Shown in pieces: positions 21,420-32,045 of a DNA stretch of 64,000 bases. Numbering within the stretch: the stretch's first letter is position 1; each line of letters opens with the position of its first letter. The notes beneath the pieces were generated by a model, which was given only the letters and a program-made list of their open reading frames with translations, was not told where the DNA came from and searched no databases. The stretch comes from a candidate division FCPU426 bacterium (GTDB lineage: Bacteria > Oederibacteriota > Muellerivitia > Muellerivitales > Muellerivitaceae). Location: contig CAWKAR010000003.1 in NCBI GenBank assembly GCA_963847625.1, positions 1 to 64,000 on the forward strand, in the 5' to 3' direction. A program made the translations under genes and the position numbers.

Positions 21420-22136
21420 TTAAAATTTAAAATTCACCCCGGCTTGGATGGGAAAAAATAGAATAGGATTGTCGGAATAAAGCTTGCCTTTGGACGCGTT
21501 GCTTTCGGCCGTCGTCTCGAAATCCATCGCCATTTTCATTTGCAGGAACAAGTCCAAGCCCCCCGCCAATTGGAGCCCCAGCCCGACGCCAGGGTCCAAC
21601 TCGAAATTCGTCCAGTTCGTAACGGCACTCGCCGGGGGCGCGGGGGTCATACTTAATGAATCCATCGCGATTCCGGCGCCCAAAAGGACAAAGGGGTAAA
21701 ACCCGGCCCCGATCGGGAAATCGCGTTGGGCCACGATCTCCAGGGGGCTGTGGGACAGGTTCATGGAATGACCGGAGGGCATGTTTTTGAAGGAGAAATT
21801 CCCGATGCCGTACTCCAACCCCAGGGAAAAGTTCCCCGGAAAAGCATAACCCGCCTGGATCTCGCCGCAGGAACCAGTGTTTAATTGCGAGCAAGCGTTC
21901 GCACTGGCGGGTAAAACCTCCCCGCCTTGCAATTGGATAAACACATGCCCTTTCGGGGGAATGGTTTTCTTTTCGGGCGTTTTAACCGCCATGGGTTTCT
22001 TTTTTTTGTGTTTGACGGTCTTTTTAACGGTTATGGAGGGGGTTGGTGTGATACCGACCGCGTTTGTAAAACCCGCCCCGAATGCGGCCGTGGACATGAT
22101 GACCACCGCGGCGAAAATATACATGAACTTTTTCAT
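21420..22136 (-). CDS. Outer-membrane beta-barrel (OmpA/OmpW-like) protein
   Basis: Signal peptide, alternating beta strands, YPFVLLGAG, C-terminal Phe. Confidence 0.75.
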   Translation of the reverse strand: MKKFMYIFAAVVIMSTAAFGAGFTNAVGITPTPSITVKKTVKHKKKKPMAVKTPEKKTIPPKGHVFIQLQGGEVLPASANACSQLNTGSCGEIQAGYAFPGNFSLGLEYGIGNFSFKNMPSGHSMNLSHSPLEIVAQRDFPIGAGFYPFVLLGAGIAMDSLSMTPAPPASAVTNWTNFELDPGVGLGLQLAGGLDLFLQMKMAMDFETTAESNASKGKLYSDNPILFFPIQAGVNFKF

Positions 22137-22628
22137 CGTTTAGCTCCTAACAAAATGATTTTCACCATAAAACCAAAATCACCGCGAAAAACCATGGCCA
22201 AACCGAGGTTTTCTTTTTTCGTCCCCTTCATTCAAGCTTCTATTTAATCAATGGGGGTTTGTTTATACATATGTGGACGCTGGTTCGCTCCACCCATCCC
22301 CCGGGAAGAGAGAGAATTCGAACATAAGAACAATAGAAAATTGACACTGCACGGCAGACAACAGAAATCACTAGGTTTATTTCTCCATTGTTCAATTGCT
22401 CCATTTTCTGCTGTCGATAGACAGCTTGGGTCCCCTTTTGCTCAACCGTAATCGATTCGATTGGGCCTCTTGGTTTAAGCTTTCATGAAGGGGCCGTGGA
22501 CTTTTAAAGGCGAAGCCAACCCTTCGAGAGCCTCAAGGCATGTTCTAAGTTTTAAAATATGAATTATTGAGTATTTTCTGAATTCGAAAATCACACCACA
22601 ATTCAAAATTCATAATTCAAAATTGCCT

Positions 22629-24010
22629 TTACAGGACATTCAATTCAAGTTTTATTCGTGGCGTTTTCGGGGACACCTTCCCTCCCCGGATCACATAAAT
22701 GTCATGACTGCCTGGCTTGAGGACGTCCAACTGGTTTACTACCTCGACCGGTTTCTGTTGACTGTCTCCGTCCTGGTCCAAACCCCAAATAGTGTCGCCG
22801 ATCCTCAAACCCGCCTTTTCCGCTGGGCTTCCGGCCCATAACACGCCGGCCTTCCCGGAACCGTCGGGGATCATTCCCTGGTGGACGTAAGGCAGTCCCG
22901 TGGGCTTTACATCCTTGGCCCAATAAAGCACGGCGGCTGCCAGGTTATTGAAATCCCCCGGTTCGGCGCATTCGATCTCGATCGCCTTTTCCAGGCCGGA
23001 AGATACCAACCCGCATTGATAGAGGGTCTGCACCATATGCTCCCCCAACGCCTGCAACTCATCGCAATGCACGGCCCTCAAGGTGTTCCAATTCATTTCC
23101 ACCGGACCCCTGTCCTTGAAAAAAAAGGCCAGGGAGGCGGGATTGACCGGGGCTGACTCGATGGTCACCCGGTCGTTCCCGTAACAAATCGAATATTTGT
23201 TGGCATCCTGGAGTAACGCCGACAATTTCCCGGCTTTTTCTCCGTCCATATCCGTTACCGGCAAGGACAAGATTGGTTGGATCAGGCAATAACCCGGGAT
23301 GGGAAAAAGCTCGTTGATCATTTGCGTTTTGGACTCAAGGGAAACATCCCAGGCGGCCACTGACGTGGCCGAATGAAAAATGGATAATGAAGAATGAATA
23401 ATTGAGGAAGATTTTTCAGTCTCCGCCTCATTCGAACCGTTAGATTGATCGACAACTGCTGACGGATTCGAATGAATAATGGACAATGAAGAATGAATAA
23501 TCGTGGAAATCAATTGGATTGATTCGCGCCGGAGATAATTCACGTATTCGTGGAAAGTGGGCGGGGAAAAGACACGGAGGATAACGCCAATGGCGATGCC
23601 GATGATGATGGCCAGGCCCGCTATGTAAGAAATCGGCCTGCCTATGAAGCGCCAAACCACATGGATCATCCACCCGGCGGCCCGCTTGATCCCATGCCAT
23701 ACGGCTTTAAAGAGCGCGGCCAGCCCTTTGCGGCTTGCCTTGCCCAGGTTCTTGGCTTCCAGGTTCTTCTCATTTATGCCCGTGAAACTGCCAAAAAAGT
23801 TCAAGACATACTTGAATGGCGCCATGACAAAGGCCCAGTTCGAATGCCGGGTTTTTGATCCCGGATCATGGTTTGAGGGTGGTTCCCCAGCCTGTTCCCC
23901 TTCCGTTTCCACGGCCTGATCGGGGGTTGAATCCGAGCCGTGCGCGGCGGTTTCGGGACTCTTTTTCCCGGCCTTGGCCGGGTCAAAATCCTGGGCCGGT
24001 TTGCCGCTCG
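22629..24010 (-). pseudogene. 5'-truncated copy of the HTH-TM-PDZ gene
   Basis: Near-identical to 26082-27478; homology stops abruptly at 24010; HTH missing. Confidence 0.75.
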
Positions 24011-24291
24011 AAAACAAAGGGGTCAGGCCACCATTTTACACTTTAGCCGCTGAAAGAGAAACAAGGGGTCATGAAAACCGCATGCATGAATGGATTCGAC
24101 GGGGCTCACCACATGTTTTGAATTCTGAATCCTTCAAGTACCTCAGGACAGGTTTTGAATTATGAATTGAGGACACAACAGCAAAACTAATGAAAAATGG
24201 TCAATGGAAAATATAAAGGGATTTAGGAATCGACCAGAAAGACAATTAACAACGAAAAATGGGATAGGCAACAGTTGCTTATCAGGTTGAT

Positions 24292-24498
24292 TTAAAGGTC
24301 TTTTTCATCTATGCCGACCAATTTCATTTGGTGCTTGAGCAAGCCAATCTTCATATCTTTTCCGGCATGAATAGGGACGGACAAGACAACATCGCTATTG
24401 GTCTTTTTGTAAATATGGTGGCTACCGGAAATTCTAGCCAACTGCCAGCCGTTTTGATGAAGGATTCTTTCCCAATCTTTGCATTTGATTGTTTTCAT
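24292..24498 (-). CDS. hicA: HicA family toxin
   Basis: GWQLARISGSHHIY..SVPIH..IGLL. Confidence 0.9.
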   Translation of the reverse strand: MKTIKCKDWERILHQNGWQLARISGSHHIYKKTNSDVVLSVPIHAGKDMKIGLLKHQMKLVGIDEKDL

Positions 24499-24704
24499 AC
24501 AGCTAAGACTAAAACACGATCCTTTCCCTTGGTCAGGGATTTGATCTTTTTATCATTGACTGACAAGCAACCCCGAATCGCCTCGATCGTATTCCTTTTG
24601 ATCTCTTCCATGGTTTCCCCTTGAGTGGAGCAACCCGGTAACGACGGAACCTCCGACCAATAACCACCCTCTTCAGCTTCGTGGATAACAACCTTGAGTT
24701 TCAT
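24495..24704 (-). CDS. hicB: HicB family antitoxin
   Basis: EAEEGGYWSEVPSLPGCSTQGET; RBS GGAGG. Confidence 0.9.
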   Translation of the reverse strand: MKLKVVIHEAEEGGYWSEVPSLPGCSTQGETMEEIKRNTIEAIRGCLSVNDKKIKSLTKGKDRVLVLAV

Positions 24705-25013
24705 ATCGTTTCCTCCCTCTTTTAAGATTATGGCAAACTCCATATACAAGTTCAAGCCGGTTTGGTCGATACCAAATCAGTTCCCAACAAGTAATGATAA
24801 GAAACCCCGAAGAGAAGCACTATTTGAGCAACAAAGGAACAAACGGGCGAGATTGCGCCCGAATTTTGAATTTTGAATGATGAACGGTTCGACAGGCTCA
24901 CCGCAATGTTATGAATTCTTAGTTTTAAACGGTTCGATGTACTCACCGCAATGTTATGAATTATTGAAGATTTCCGAATAACGGAAATCGATCCGAAATT
25001 AAAAATTTAACAT

Positions 25014-25736
25014 TTAAAATTTAATATTCATGCCTATCTGTATTGGAAACAGGATGATGGGGTTGTCGGAATAAAGCTTGCCTTTGGACGCGTTGCTCTC
25101 GGCCGTCGTCTCGAAATCCATCGCCATTTTCATTCGCAGGAACAAGTCCAAGCCCCCCGCCAATTTGAACCCCAGCCCGATGCCAGGGTCCAACTCAAAA
25201 TTAGTCCAGTTCGTAACGGCGCTCGCCGGTGGCGCGGGGGTCATACTTAATGAATCCATCGCGATTCCGGCGCCCAAAAGGACAAAGGGGTAAAAACCGG
25301 CCCCTATCGGGATATCGTATTGGGCCACGATCTCCAGGGGGCTGTGGGACAGGTTCATGGAATAACCCGAAGGAAGGTTTTTAAAGGTGAAATTCCCGAT
25401 GCCGTATTCCAAGCCCAGGGAAAAGTTCCCGGGGAAAGCGTAACCCGCCTGGACCTCGCCGCAGGAACCCGCGTTTAATTGCGAGCAAGCGTTCGCGCTG
25501 GCGGGTAAAACCTCCCCGCCTTGCAATTGGATATAGACATGCCCTTTAGGTTTTGGGGGGGTGGGTTTCTTTTCGGGCGTTTTAACCGCCACGGTTTTCT
25601 TTTTCTTGTGCTTGACGGTCTTTTTAACGGTTATGGAGGGAGTTGGTGTGATACCGACCGCGTTTGTAAAACCCGCCCCGAATGCGGCCGTGGACATGAT
25701 GACCAGCCCCGCGAAAAAACACATGAATTTTTTCAT
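25014..25736 (-). CDS. Outer-membrane beta-barrel protein (paralog of 21420)
   Basis: Highly similar to 21420-22136; RBS GAGGAG. Confidence 0.75.
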   Translation of the reverse strand: MKKFMCFFAGLVIMSTAAFGAGFTNAVGITPTPSITVKKTVKHKKKKTVAVKTPEKKPTPPKPKGHVYIQLQGGEVLPASANACSQLNAGSCGEVQAGYAFPGNFSLGLEYGIGNFTFKNLPSGYSMNLSHSPLEIVAQYDIPIGAGFYPFVLLGAGIAMDSLSMTPAPPASAVTNWTNFELDPGIGLGFKLAGGLDLFLRMKMAMDFETTAESNASKGKLYSDNPIILFPIQIGMNIKF

Positions 25737-25999
25737 AAATATGCTCCTCATTGATTTTGGTACGTATCCCTTTACAACAAGCAAAAGCAAAAAGGCATTT
25801 AACCGCCGATCAAATCCGATGGACGCCGATAAGTTGGGAAAGCCATAAACTTTTAGCCGTTATCGGCGTTAATCGGCCGTTATCGGCGGTGAATAAAATT
25901 CTTGTCGTGCCGTTAAGGTAAAGGCACCATTTCGAATTGTGATTTATTAAGGATTTTCAGAATCTGAAAATCACACCACAATTTAAAATTCAACATTCA

Positions 26000-26075
26000 T
26001 GCCGAACCTCAATTAAGCCTTCAATGAAAGTTCGGTATAGTACCGATCACATTAAATTTCCAAGGATGATCGGTA
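26000..26075. mobile_element. Family A element (CA duplication)
   Basis: Absent from the duplicated counterpart at about 22600-22625. Confidence 0.85.
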
Positions 26076-26081
26076 CAGAAT

Positions 26082-27833
26082 TCAAAATTGTCTTTCTGGT
26101 ACCTTCAGTTCCAGCCTCGTCCTGGCCGTTTTCGGGGGCACTTTCCCTCCCCTGATCACGTAAAGACTGTGACTGCCCGGCTTGAGGTCGTCCAACTGGT
26201 TCACTACCTCGACTGGTTTCTGTTGACTGTCTCCGTCCTGGTCCAAACCCCAAACCATGTCGCCTATCCTCAAACCCGCCTTTTCCGCCGGGCTTCCGGC
26301 CCATAACACGCCGGCCTTCCCGGAACCGTCGGGGATCATTCCCTGGTGGACGTAAGGCAGTCCCGTGGGCTTTACGCCCTTGGCCCAATAAAGCACGGCG
26401 GCTGCCAGGTTATTGAAATCCCCCGGTTCGGCGCATTCGATCTCGATCGCCTTTTCCAGGCCGGAAGATACCAACCCGCATTGATAGAGGGTCTGCACCA
26501 TATGCTCCCCCACCGCCTGCAACTCATCGCAATGCACGGCCCTCAAGGTGTTCCAATTCATTTCCACCGGTCCCCTGTCCTTGAAAAAAAAGGCCAGGGA
26601 GGCTGGGTTGACCGGGGCTGACTCGATGGTCACCCGGTCGTTCCCATACCAGATCGAATATTTGTTGGCATCCTGGAGTAACGCCGACAAGTTCCCGGCT
26701 TTTTCTCCGTCCATATCCGTTACCGGCAAGGACAAGATTGGTTGGATCAGGCAATAACCCGGGATGGGAAAAAGCTCGTTGATCATTTGCGTTTTGGACT
26801 CAATGGAAGCAGACCAGGATTCAGGCGCTGAAGCGCCTGAATGAATAATGGATAATGGAGAATGGAAAATTGAGGAAGGTTCTGCATTCGTGGCCTCATT
26901 CGAACCATTTGGATTATTACCAACTGCTGACAGATTCGAATGAATAATGGACAATGAAGAATGAATAATTGTGGAAATCAATTGGGTTGTTTCGCCCCGG
27001 AGATAATTCACGTATTCGTGGTAAGTGGGTGGGGAAAAGACACGGAGGATAACGCCAATGGCGATGCCGACGATGATGGCAAGGCCCGCTATGTATGAAA
27101 TCGGCCTGCCAATGATTCGCCAAACCACATGGATCATCCACCCGGCGGCCCGCTTGATCCCATGCCATACGGCTTTAAAGAGAGCGGCCAGCCCCTTGCG
27201 GCTTGCCTTGCCCAGGTTCTTGGCTTCCAGGTTCTTCTCATTTATGCCCGTGAAACTGCCAAAAAAGTTCAAGACATACTTGAATGGCGCCATGACAAAG
27301 GCCCAGTTCGAATGCCGGGTTTTTGATCCCGGATCATGGTTTGAGGGTGGTTCCCCAGCCTGTTCCCCTTCCGTTTCCACGGCCTGGCCGGGGGTTGAAT
27401 CCGAGCCGTGCGCGGCGGTTTCGGGACTCTTTTTCCCGGCCTTGGCCGGGTCAAAATCCTGGGCCGGTTTGCCGCTCGCGACCCAATCAACCAGGGCCGC
27501 GATTTTGCGTTTGGCAAGGCGGCGGGAAAGGGCCGCGTCCAGGACGGCATGCGCCGCCCCGGGAAGATCCGATACTTTGTCCTTGATGCCGGCCAGGGCC
27601 AGGGCGCTTTTGAATGAGAGAGTATGGGGCCGGGGACCTTGTGCCGCGCGGCGGACCTTGTCCACCGCCGATTCATCAAAGCAATTGTTGATGGTTTTAT
27701 AGAAAGACAACATCGATTTGCTGAGATTTAATTTTTTGGCCAATTCATCATTATTTGGAGGGGTTTTTTTCTTCAATTCGGCTTTCAATTCCGATAACTT
27801 ATCCAGCCATTTCAGGGATTTTTCATTGCTCAA
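26082..27833 (-). CDS. Membrane protein: N-terminal ParB-like HTH, TM helix, C-terminal PDZ domain
   Basis: NNDELAKKLNLSKSMLSFY..LSFKSALALA; TM YIAGLAIIVGIAIGVIL; PDZ GSPAEKAGLRIGD; RBS AAGGAGG. Confidence 0.7.
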   Translation of the reverse strand: MSNEKSLKWLDKLSELKAELKKKTPPNNDELAKKLNLSKSMLSFYKTINNCFDESAVDKVRRAAQGPRPHTLSFKSALALAGIKDKVSDLPGAAHAVLDAALSRRLAKRKIAALVDWVASGKPAQDFDPAKAGKKSPETAAHGSDSTPGQAVETEGEQAGEPPSNHDPGSKTRHSNWAFVMAPFKYVLNFFGSFTGINEKNLEAKNLGKASRKGLAALFKAVWHGIKRAAGWMIHVVWRIIGRPISYIAGLAIIVGIAIGVILRVFSPPTYHEYVNYLRGETTQLISTIIHSSLSIIHSNLSAVGNNPNGSNEATNAEPSSIFHSPLSIIHSGASAPESWSASIESKTQMINELFPIPGYCLIQPILSLPVTDMDGEKAGNLSALLQDANKYSIWYGNDRVTIESAPVNPASLAFFFKDRGPVEMNWNTLRAVHCDELQAVGEHMVQTLYQCGLVSSGLEKAIEIECAEPGDFNNLAAAVLYWAKGVKPTGLPYVHQGMIPDGSGKAGVLWAGSPAEKAGLRIGDMVWGLDQDGDSQQKPVEVVNQLDDLKPGSHSLYVIRGGKVPPKTARTRLELKVPERQF

Positions 27834-27847
27834 AATACCCTCCTTGT

Positions 27848-28136
27848 GTTTATCAGAAACGCCGGGGCCGTTTACCAGAAATCCGGCCTTGTTTACCAGA
27901 AACCCGGGGGCCGTTTACCAGAAAACCGTCTTGTTTACCAGAAACGCCGGGGCTGTTTACCAGAAACCCGGCCTTGTTTACCAGAAACGCCGGGGCCGTT
28001 TACCAGAAAACCGTCTTGTTTACCAGAAACCCGGGAGCCGTTTACCAGAAATTCGGCCTTGTTTACCAGAAACGCCGGGGCCGTTTACCAGAAACCGGCC
28101 CTGTTTACCAGAAACCCGGGGGCCGTTTACCAGAAA
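27848..28136. repeat. Phased array of 14 x GTTTACCAGAAA
   Basis: Starts at 27848, 27870, 27891, 27913, 27933, 27955, 27976, 27998, 28018, 28040, 28061, 28083, 28103, 28125. Confidence 0.97.
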
Positions 28137-28412
28137 ACCCGATACGCCAATAGGGCTCCTGATTCGTTGTATTTTAAAAACAGGATTTATTGGTGTTCCA
28201 TAAAAAACGCATGGAAACCAGGAAAAAGATTAACCAAGGGCCACTTGGCGCCTACGCGCGCCTAGGGCAGGGCTCCTGGCTCATTCCGATGGATACCCAG
28301 CCATTTGAGTCAATGGCCCAACTTCTCAAATGTTCTACCGGGGTACCGGGAACCGGGTTGCCGGTTCACGGGATTAAATGCCCGAAACCCTTTTTTAAAT
28401 ACCCGCCCTTTA

Positions 28413-28447
28413 TTGCAAATTCACCACCAAGTGGCTAAAATATCACC
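28413..28447 (+). promoter_or_regulatory. Sigma70-like promoter, probably leaderless
   Basis: TTGCAA-17-TAAAAT-6-ATG, no RBS. Confidence 0.6.
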
Positions 28448-29677
28448 ATGCTTGAGCGATATTTAAAAACCGCCCTGTCCGAAGCCTTGGCCGACACCCC
28501 GGTTGTTTTCCTTCAGGGCGCCCGGCAAACGGGAAAGAGTACGCTTTCCCAAACCCTGGCCTCCGGTAACCGTCCCATGCGCTACTTGTCCCTGGATGAC
28601 ACGGGCGTCTTGGCCGCCGCGGTGCGTGATCCCGCCGGTTTCCTCGACGGTTTGGAAGGGCCCGTCATCCTGGATGAGATCCAACGCGCGCCCGGGCTTT
28701 CATTGCCCCTGAAAGCGGCCGTTGACCGCGACCGGAAACCCGGCCGTTTTCTCCTGACCGGCTCCGCGAACGCCCTTGTCCTTCCCCGCTTATCCGATGA
28801 ACTCGTCGGGAGGATGGAGATCCTGACCCTCTGGCCCTTTTCACAAGGCGAATTGGAGGGTAAAAAAGAAACATTCCTGGATTCCCTATTCTCGGGCAAA
28901 GTGGCCCATCCGGCTTCCCTCCGGACAAACCGGGCGGGGTTATGGACGAGAATACTCCGGGGGGGTTATCCCGAGGCCGTCGCCAAGGCCGATGAGGGCA
29001 GGAGAACCGCCTGGTTCTCTTCCTACCTTACCACCCTGCTTCATAGGGACATCCGGGGCTTGGCCCAAGTGGAGGGCTGGACCGCCATCCCCGATTTGTT
29101 GTCGCTGGTGGCCGCCAGGGTAGGCTCCACCCTGAACGTCTCCGACATTTCCAAGGGGCTATCCATGCCTTTCAGCACCTTGAAGCGCTACTTGGCGCTT
29201 TTAGAAGCCTGTTTCGTCACCTATCCACTGCCGGCATGGGGAAAAAACCCTTCCCAGAGGCTCACCAAGGCCCCCAAGCTTCACCTGGTCGATACGGGCC
29301 TCGCGGCTTACCTGTTGGGGGCGACCCGGGATACCCCCGAAAAACAGCACCGGACCGCCGGGGCCTTGGTTGAGAATTTCACCGTCATGGAATTGGTGAA
29401 GCAGGGTTCCTGGAGCAGGATCAGGCCCAGGTTTTTCCACTTCCGGACCGCCGTGGGCCGGGAAGTGGACCTGGTCCTGGAGGATCGTACCCGCCTTGTC
29501 GGCGTTGAGACGAAATCATCCGCCACGGTTAAATCCGGCGACTTCCGTGGCCTGGAAGAGCTCAAGAAGGAGGCGGGTGACGCCTTTATCCAAGGTGTTG
29601 TCCTTTATACCGGACGGGAATTCATCCCCTTCGGGAAAAATCTTTTCGCTGTTCCCATGGAAGCCCTTTGGGCTTGA
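28448..29677 (+). CDS. AAA_14 / DUF4143 ATPase
   Basis: GARQTGKS, ILDEIQ, GGYP, KAPKLHLVDTG, EVDLVL..ETK. Confidence 0.92.
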   Translation: MLERYLKTALSEALADTPVVFLQGARQTGKSTLSQTLASGNRPMRYLSLDDTGVLAAAVRDPAGFLDGLEGPVILDEIQRAPGLSLPLKAAVDRDRKPGRFLLTGSANALVLPRLSDELVGRMEILTLWPFSQGELEGKKETFLDSLFSGKVAHPASLRTNRAGLWTRILRGGYPEAVAKADEGRRTAWFSSYLTTLLHRDIRGLAQVEGWTAIPDLLSLVAARVGSTLNVSDISKGLSMPFSTLKRYLALLEACFVTYPLPAWGKNPSQRLTKAPKLHLVDTGLAAYLLGATRDTPEKQHRTAGALVENFTVMELVKQGSWSRIRPRFFHFRTAVGREVDLVLEDRTRLVGVETKSSATVKSGDFRGLEELKKEAGDAFIQGVVLYTGREFIPFGKNLFAVPMEALWA

Positions 29678-29800
29678 CCGGCTTGTGCCCGTCCCGCGAG
29701 GGAAATGAAAAGAAACGGCTTGGTTTATGGCGGTTTTGATAGTTGCTAAAACCGGAATGACCCTTTAAAGTTTAGGGTATAATTTGACAAAGGATTAGGA

Positions 29801-30064
29801 TTGAGTAATAAACGAAAGTTATTGGAAAAAATCCTTAGTGGGCAATCCGATGCCAATATTCCTTTTTCCGCTTTATGCGATTTGGTAAGGGCGTTGGGCT
29901 TTAAAGAACGAATAAACGGAAGCCATTACATTTATACAATGACCGGAATTGAGGAAATCATTAATCTTCAATCCAAGGGTGGAAAAGCAAAACCTTATCA
30001 GGTAAAACAAGTAAGAACGCTGGTTTTGAAGTACCAATGGGGGGGTTTATTCGATGAACCATAA
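29801..30064 (+). CDS. hicA: HicA family toxin
   Basis: LGFKERINGSHYIY..INLQ..KAKPYQVKQ. Confidence 0.88.
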   Translation: MSNKRKLLEKILSGQSDANIPFSALCDLVRALGFKERINGSHYIYTMTGIEEIINLQSKGGKAKPYQVKQVRTLVLKYQWGGLFDEP

Positions 30065-30272
30065 CAAATACGAAGTGATTATTTATTGGAGCAAGGACGA
30101 TAAAGCCTACATCGCGGAAGTGCCGGAATTACCCGGCTGTATGGGTGATGGGGAAACCTATGAAAAGGCGCTTAAAAACGTCCAAGTCATCATCAAAGAA
30201 TGGATTGAAACGGCCAAAAAAGAGGGAAGATCCATTCCCCAACCAAAAGAACGAAAGCTGGTATTTGCTTAA
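30054..30272 (+). CDS. hicB: HicB family antitoxin
   Basis: YWSKDDKAYIAEVPELPGCMGDGETYE..IPQP. Confidence 0.9.
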   Translation: MNHNKYEVIIYWSKDDKAYIAEVPELPGCMGDGETYEKALKNVQVIIKEWIETAKKEGRSIPQPKERKLVFA

Positions 30273-30336
30273 TTCTTGTTTTTACAACTTTTCCCGTTTT
30301 CCGGTCTTCGGAAATCCCACCGCAATTTAAAATTCA

Positions 30337-30568
30337 TGTCAGCCATCCATAAAGCAGTTAATGAGGCACCTGTACCGAACCTACCAGGTGAGGTGCATGT
30401 TTGGTTGTGCCGATTCTGTAGTGGAATCGGCCTGATATAGTACCAATTTCATTAACTGCTTTATGGTGAATTGGCACAAAATTCATAATTCATGCCGAAC
30501 CTCAATTAAGCCTTCAATGAAAGTTCGGTATAGTACCGATCACATTAAATTTTCAAGGATGATCGGCA
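30337..30568. mobile_element. Two family A elements (30337-30476, with a nested reverse family B at about 30368-30431; and 30493-30568)
   Basis: CA duplications; TGTCAG/CTGATA compensatory pair. Confidence 0.8.
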
Positions 30569-30719
30569 CATAATTTAAAATTCGCGCGCTTTTCGTGTTT
30601 GTTCCCTTTTTGGGGTTTTCCGTGGTTTTCCAATTCAAAATTCAACATTTAAAATTTAAAATTCGAGCGCCTGCGCCTTCATTTAGGCGCTCGTTGGCGC
30701 TCGTCTTGTCCATTTGTTT

Positions 30720-31128
30720 ATTTGGTTGGTATTTCAAGAATAAATGTCCGGTTTACTTTTCGGAAAGCGCCGGAACTATTCGTAACTTCTATAACCCAAA
30801 AATCGAGACGAATCTACAGATGACATATGATCCAACCGCACGCACCACGGACCAGAATGCCCGTAATTCCGCGGCATTTATCCGAAAAGGCGGATACAAG
30901 CGGGTAGCGCTCGTCTGCTCCTGGGACCATGGACCCCGTGCCTTATTCCTTGCCCGGCTATACCTATTGGGTTCCGGTGTTCAAATTAATCTTTATCCCG
31001 ATGAGCCTGTTCCCAACCGCTATTGGATGACCCGCGATTTTTGGATCCAGATGTTCAGGTTTTGGGGCAGTTTGGGGCGGGTGGGGTTGCACTTATTCGG
31101 CATAGACGACTGGCCGATGCATGCATGA
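30720..31128 (+). pseudogene. YdcF/DUF218-like gene, 5' part lost
   Basis: C-terminal two-thirds match 16353; upstream sequence matches the wza 5' region and repeats. Confidence 0.7.
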
Positions 31129-31333
31129 AATTCGCATGCATGAATTTTGAATTCTGAATTTTGAATTATGAATTGACAGCTAAAGCGAACCTTTTTAGCC
31201 ACGGATGCAGGAGATGCACTCGGATAGCTAAATAATGAAGAATGCTTCAAATCTCAAAATCCGTAAACGCGGCCCGAATTGATTTGGGAAATCCTTCTTG
31301 GTAAACTACCTTTCAGGTCACGGGAGGTTATAC

Positions 31334-31522
31334 ATGTCTAAAGTAATGAAAAAGGAAGAAGCCCACAAACTTATCGATCAAATGCCCTTAAACGCCACAT
31401 GGGACGACTTGATGCATAAGATATACGTCCTTGAGGCCGTTGAGCGCGGGCTGGCCGATAGCAAAGCGGGGCTGACTAAAGACGTTGGGGAAGTAAGGGC
31501 GAAATACGGCCTCCCGGGATGA
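31334..31522 (+). CDS. Antitoxin (ParD-like/addiction module)
   Basis: KEEAHKLIDQMP..TWDDLM..VERGLADSKAG; RBS GGAGG. Confidence 0.8.
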   Translation: MSKVMKKEEAHKLIDQMPLNATWDDLMHKIYVLEAVERGLADSKAGLTKDVGEVRAKYGLPG

Positions 31523-31915
31523 AGGTCCACTGGACCCTCACAGCTGAAGAACATCTCGATGCCCTCCATGCCCATATCGCACGCGATTCCACGGAATACG
31601 CCAAACGAATGGTTGACCGCCTCATGCCGAACCTCAATTAAGCTTTTAATGAAAGTTCGGTATAGTACCGATTACATTAACGGTTTTATGGAGAATCGGC
31701 ACACTGCCAGGTCCCAACAAATTGGTGATTTTCCCACCTCTGGCCGCAGGGTGCCGGAGTTTGACGCCGATCAAATCCGCGAAGTAATTGAAGGCCCTTT
31801 CCGAATATTTTACCGAATTAAATCCGATCAAATCGATGTCCTTGCGGTTGTCCACGGCGCAATGGACATTGAATCAAAAGTAAAAGGCCGCCACATTCAT
31901 AAACATCATGAATGA
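31519..31915 (+). pseudogene. RelE/ParE toxin frameshifted by a family A element (31625-31701)
   Basis: MKVHWTLTAEEHL..MVDRL | TARSQQIGDFPTSGRRVPE; CA duplication. Confidence 0.9.
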
Positions 31916-32045
31916 ATTTTGAATTCTCAATTTTAAATTATGAATTTTAAATCCCAAACATCCAGCTCACTATCATGCGGCTTTAATCCTTTTAGTCTCT
32001 CACTATGTTGGCCAATTGCTTATGGCAATTGGCACTACCAAGTCT

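Noticed and set aside
20289..25736. Diversity-generating retroelement TR/VR pair among the barrel copies
   Set aside because: No reverse transcriptase in the window; differences are not confined to adenines.
27848..28136. CRISPR array
   Set aside because: The repeat is only 12 bp, the linkers are 8-10 nt and themselves repetitive, and there are no cas genes.
27718..28265. Three overlapping ORFs across the repeat array
   Set aside because: Stop-free artefacts of the tandem repeat; no RBS or protein-like content.
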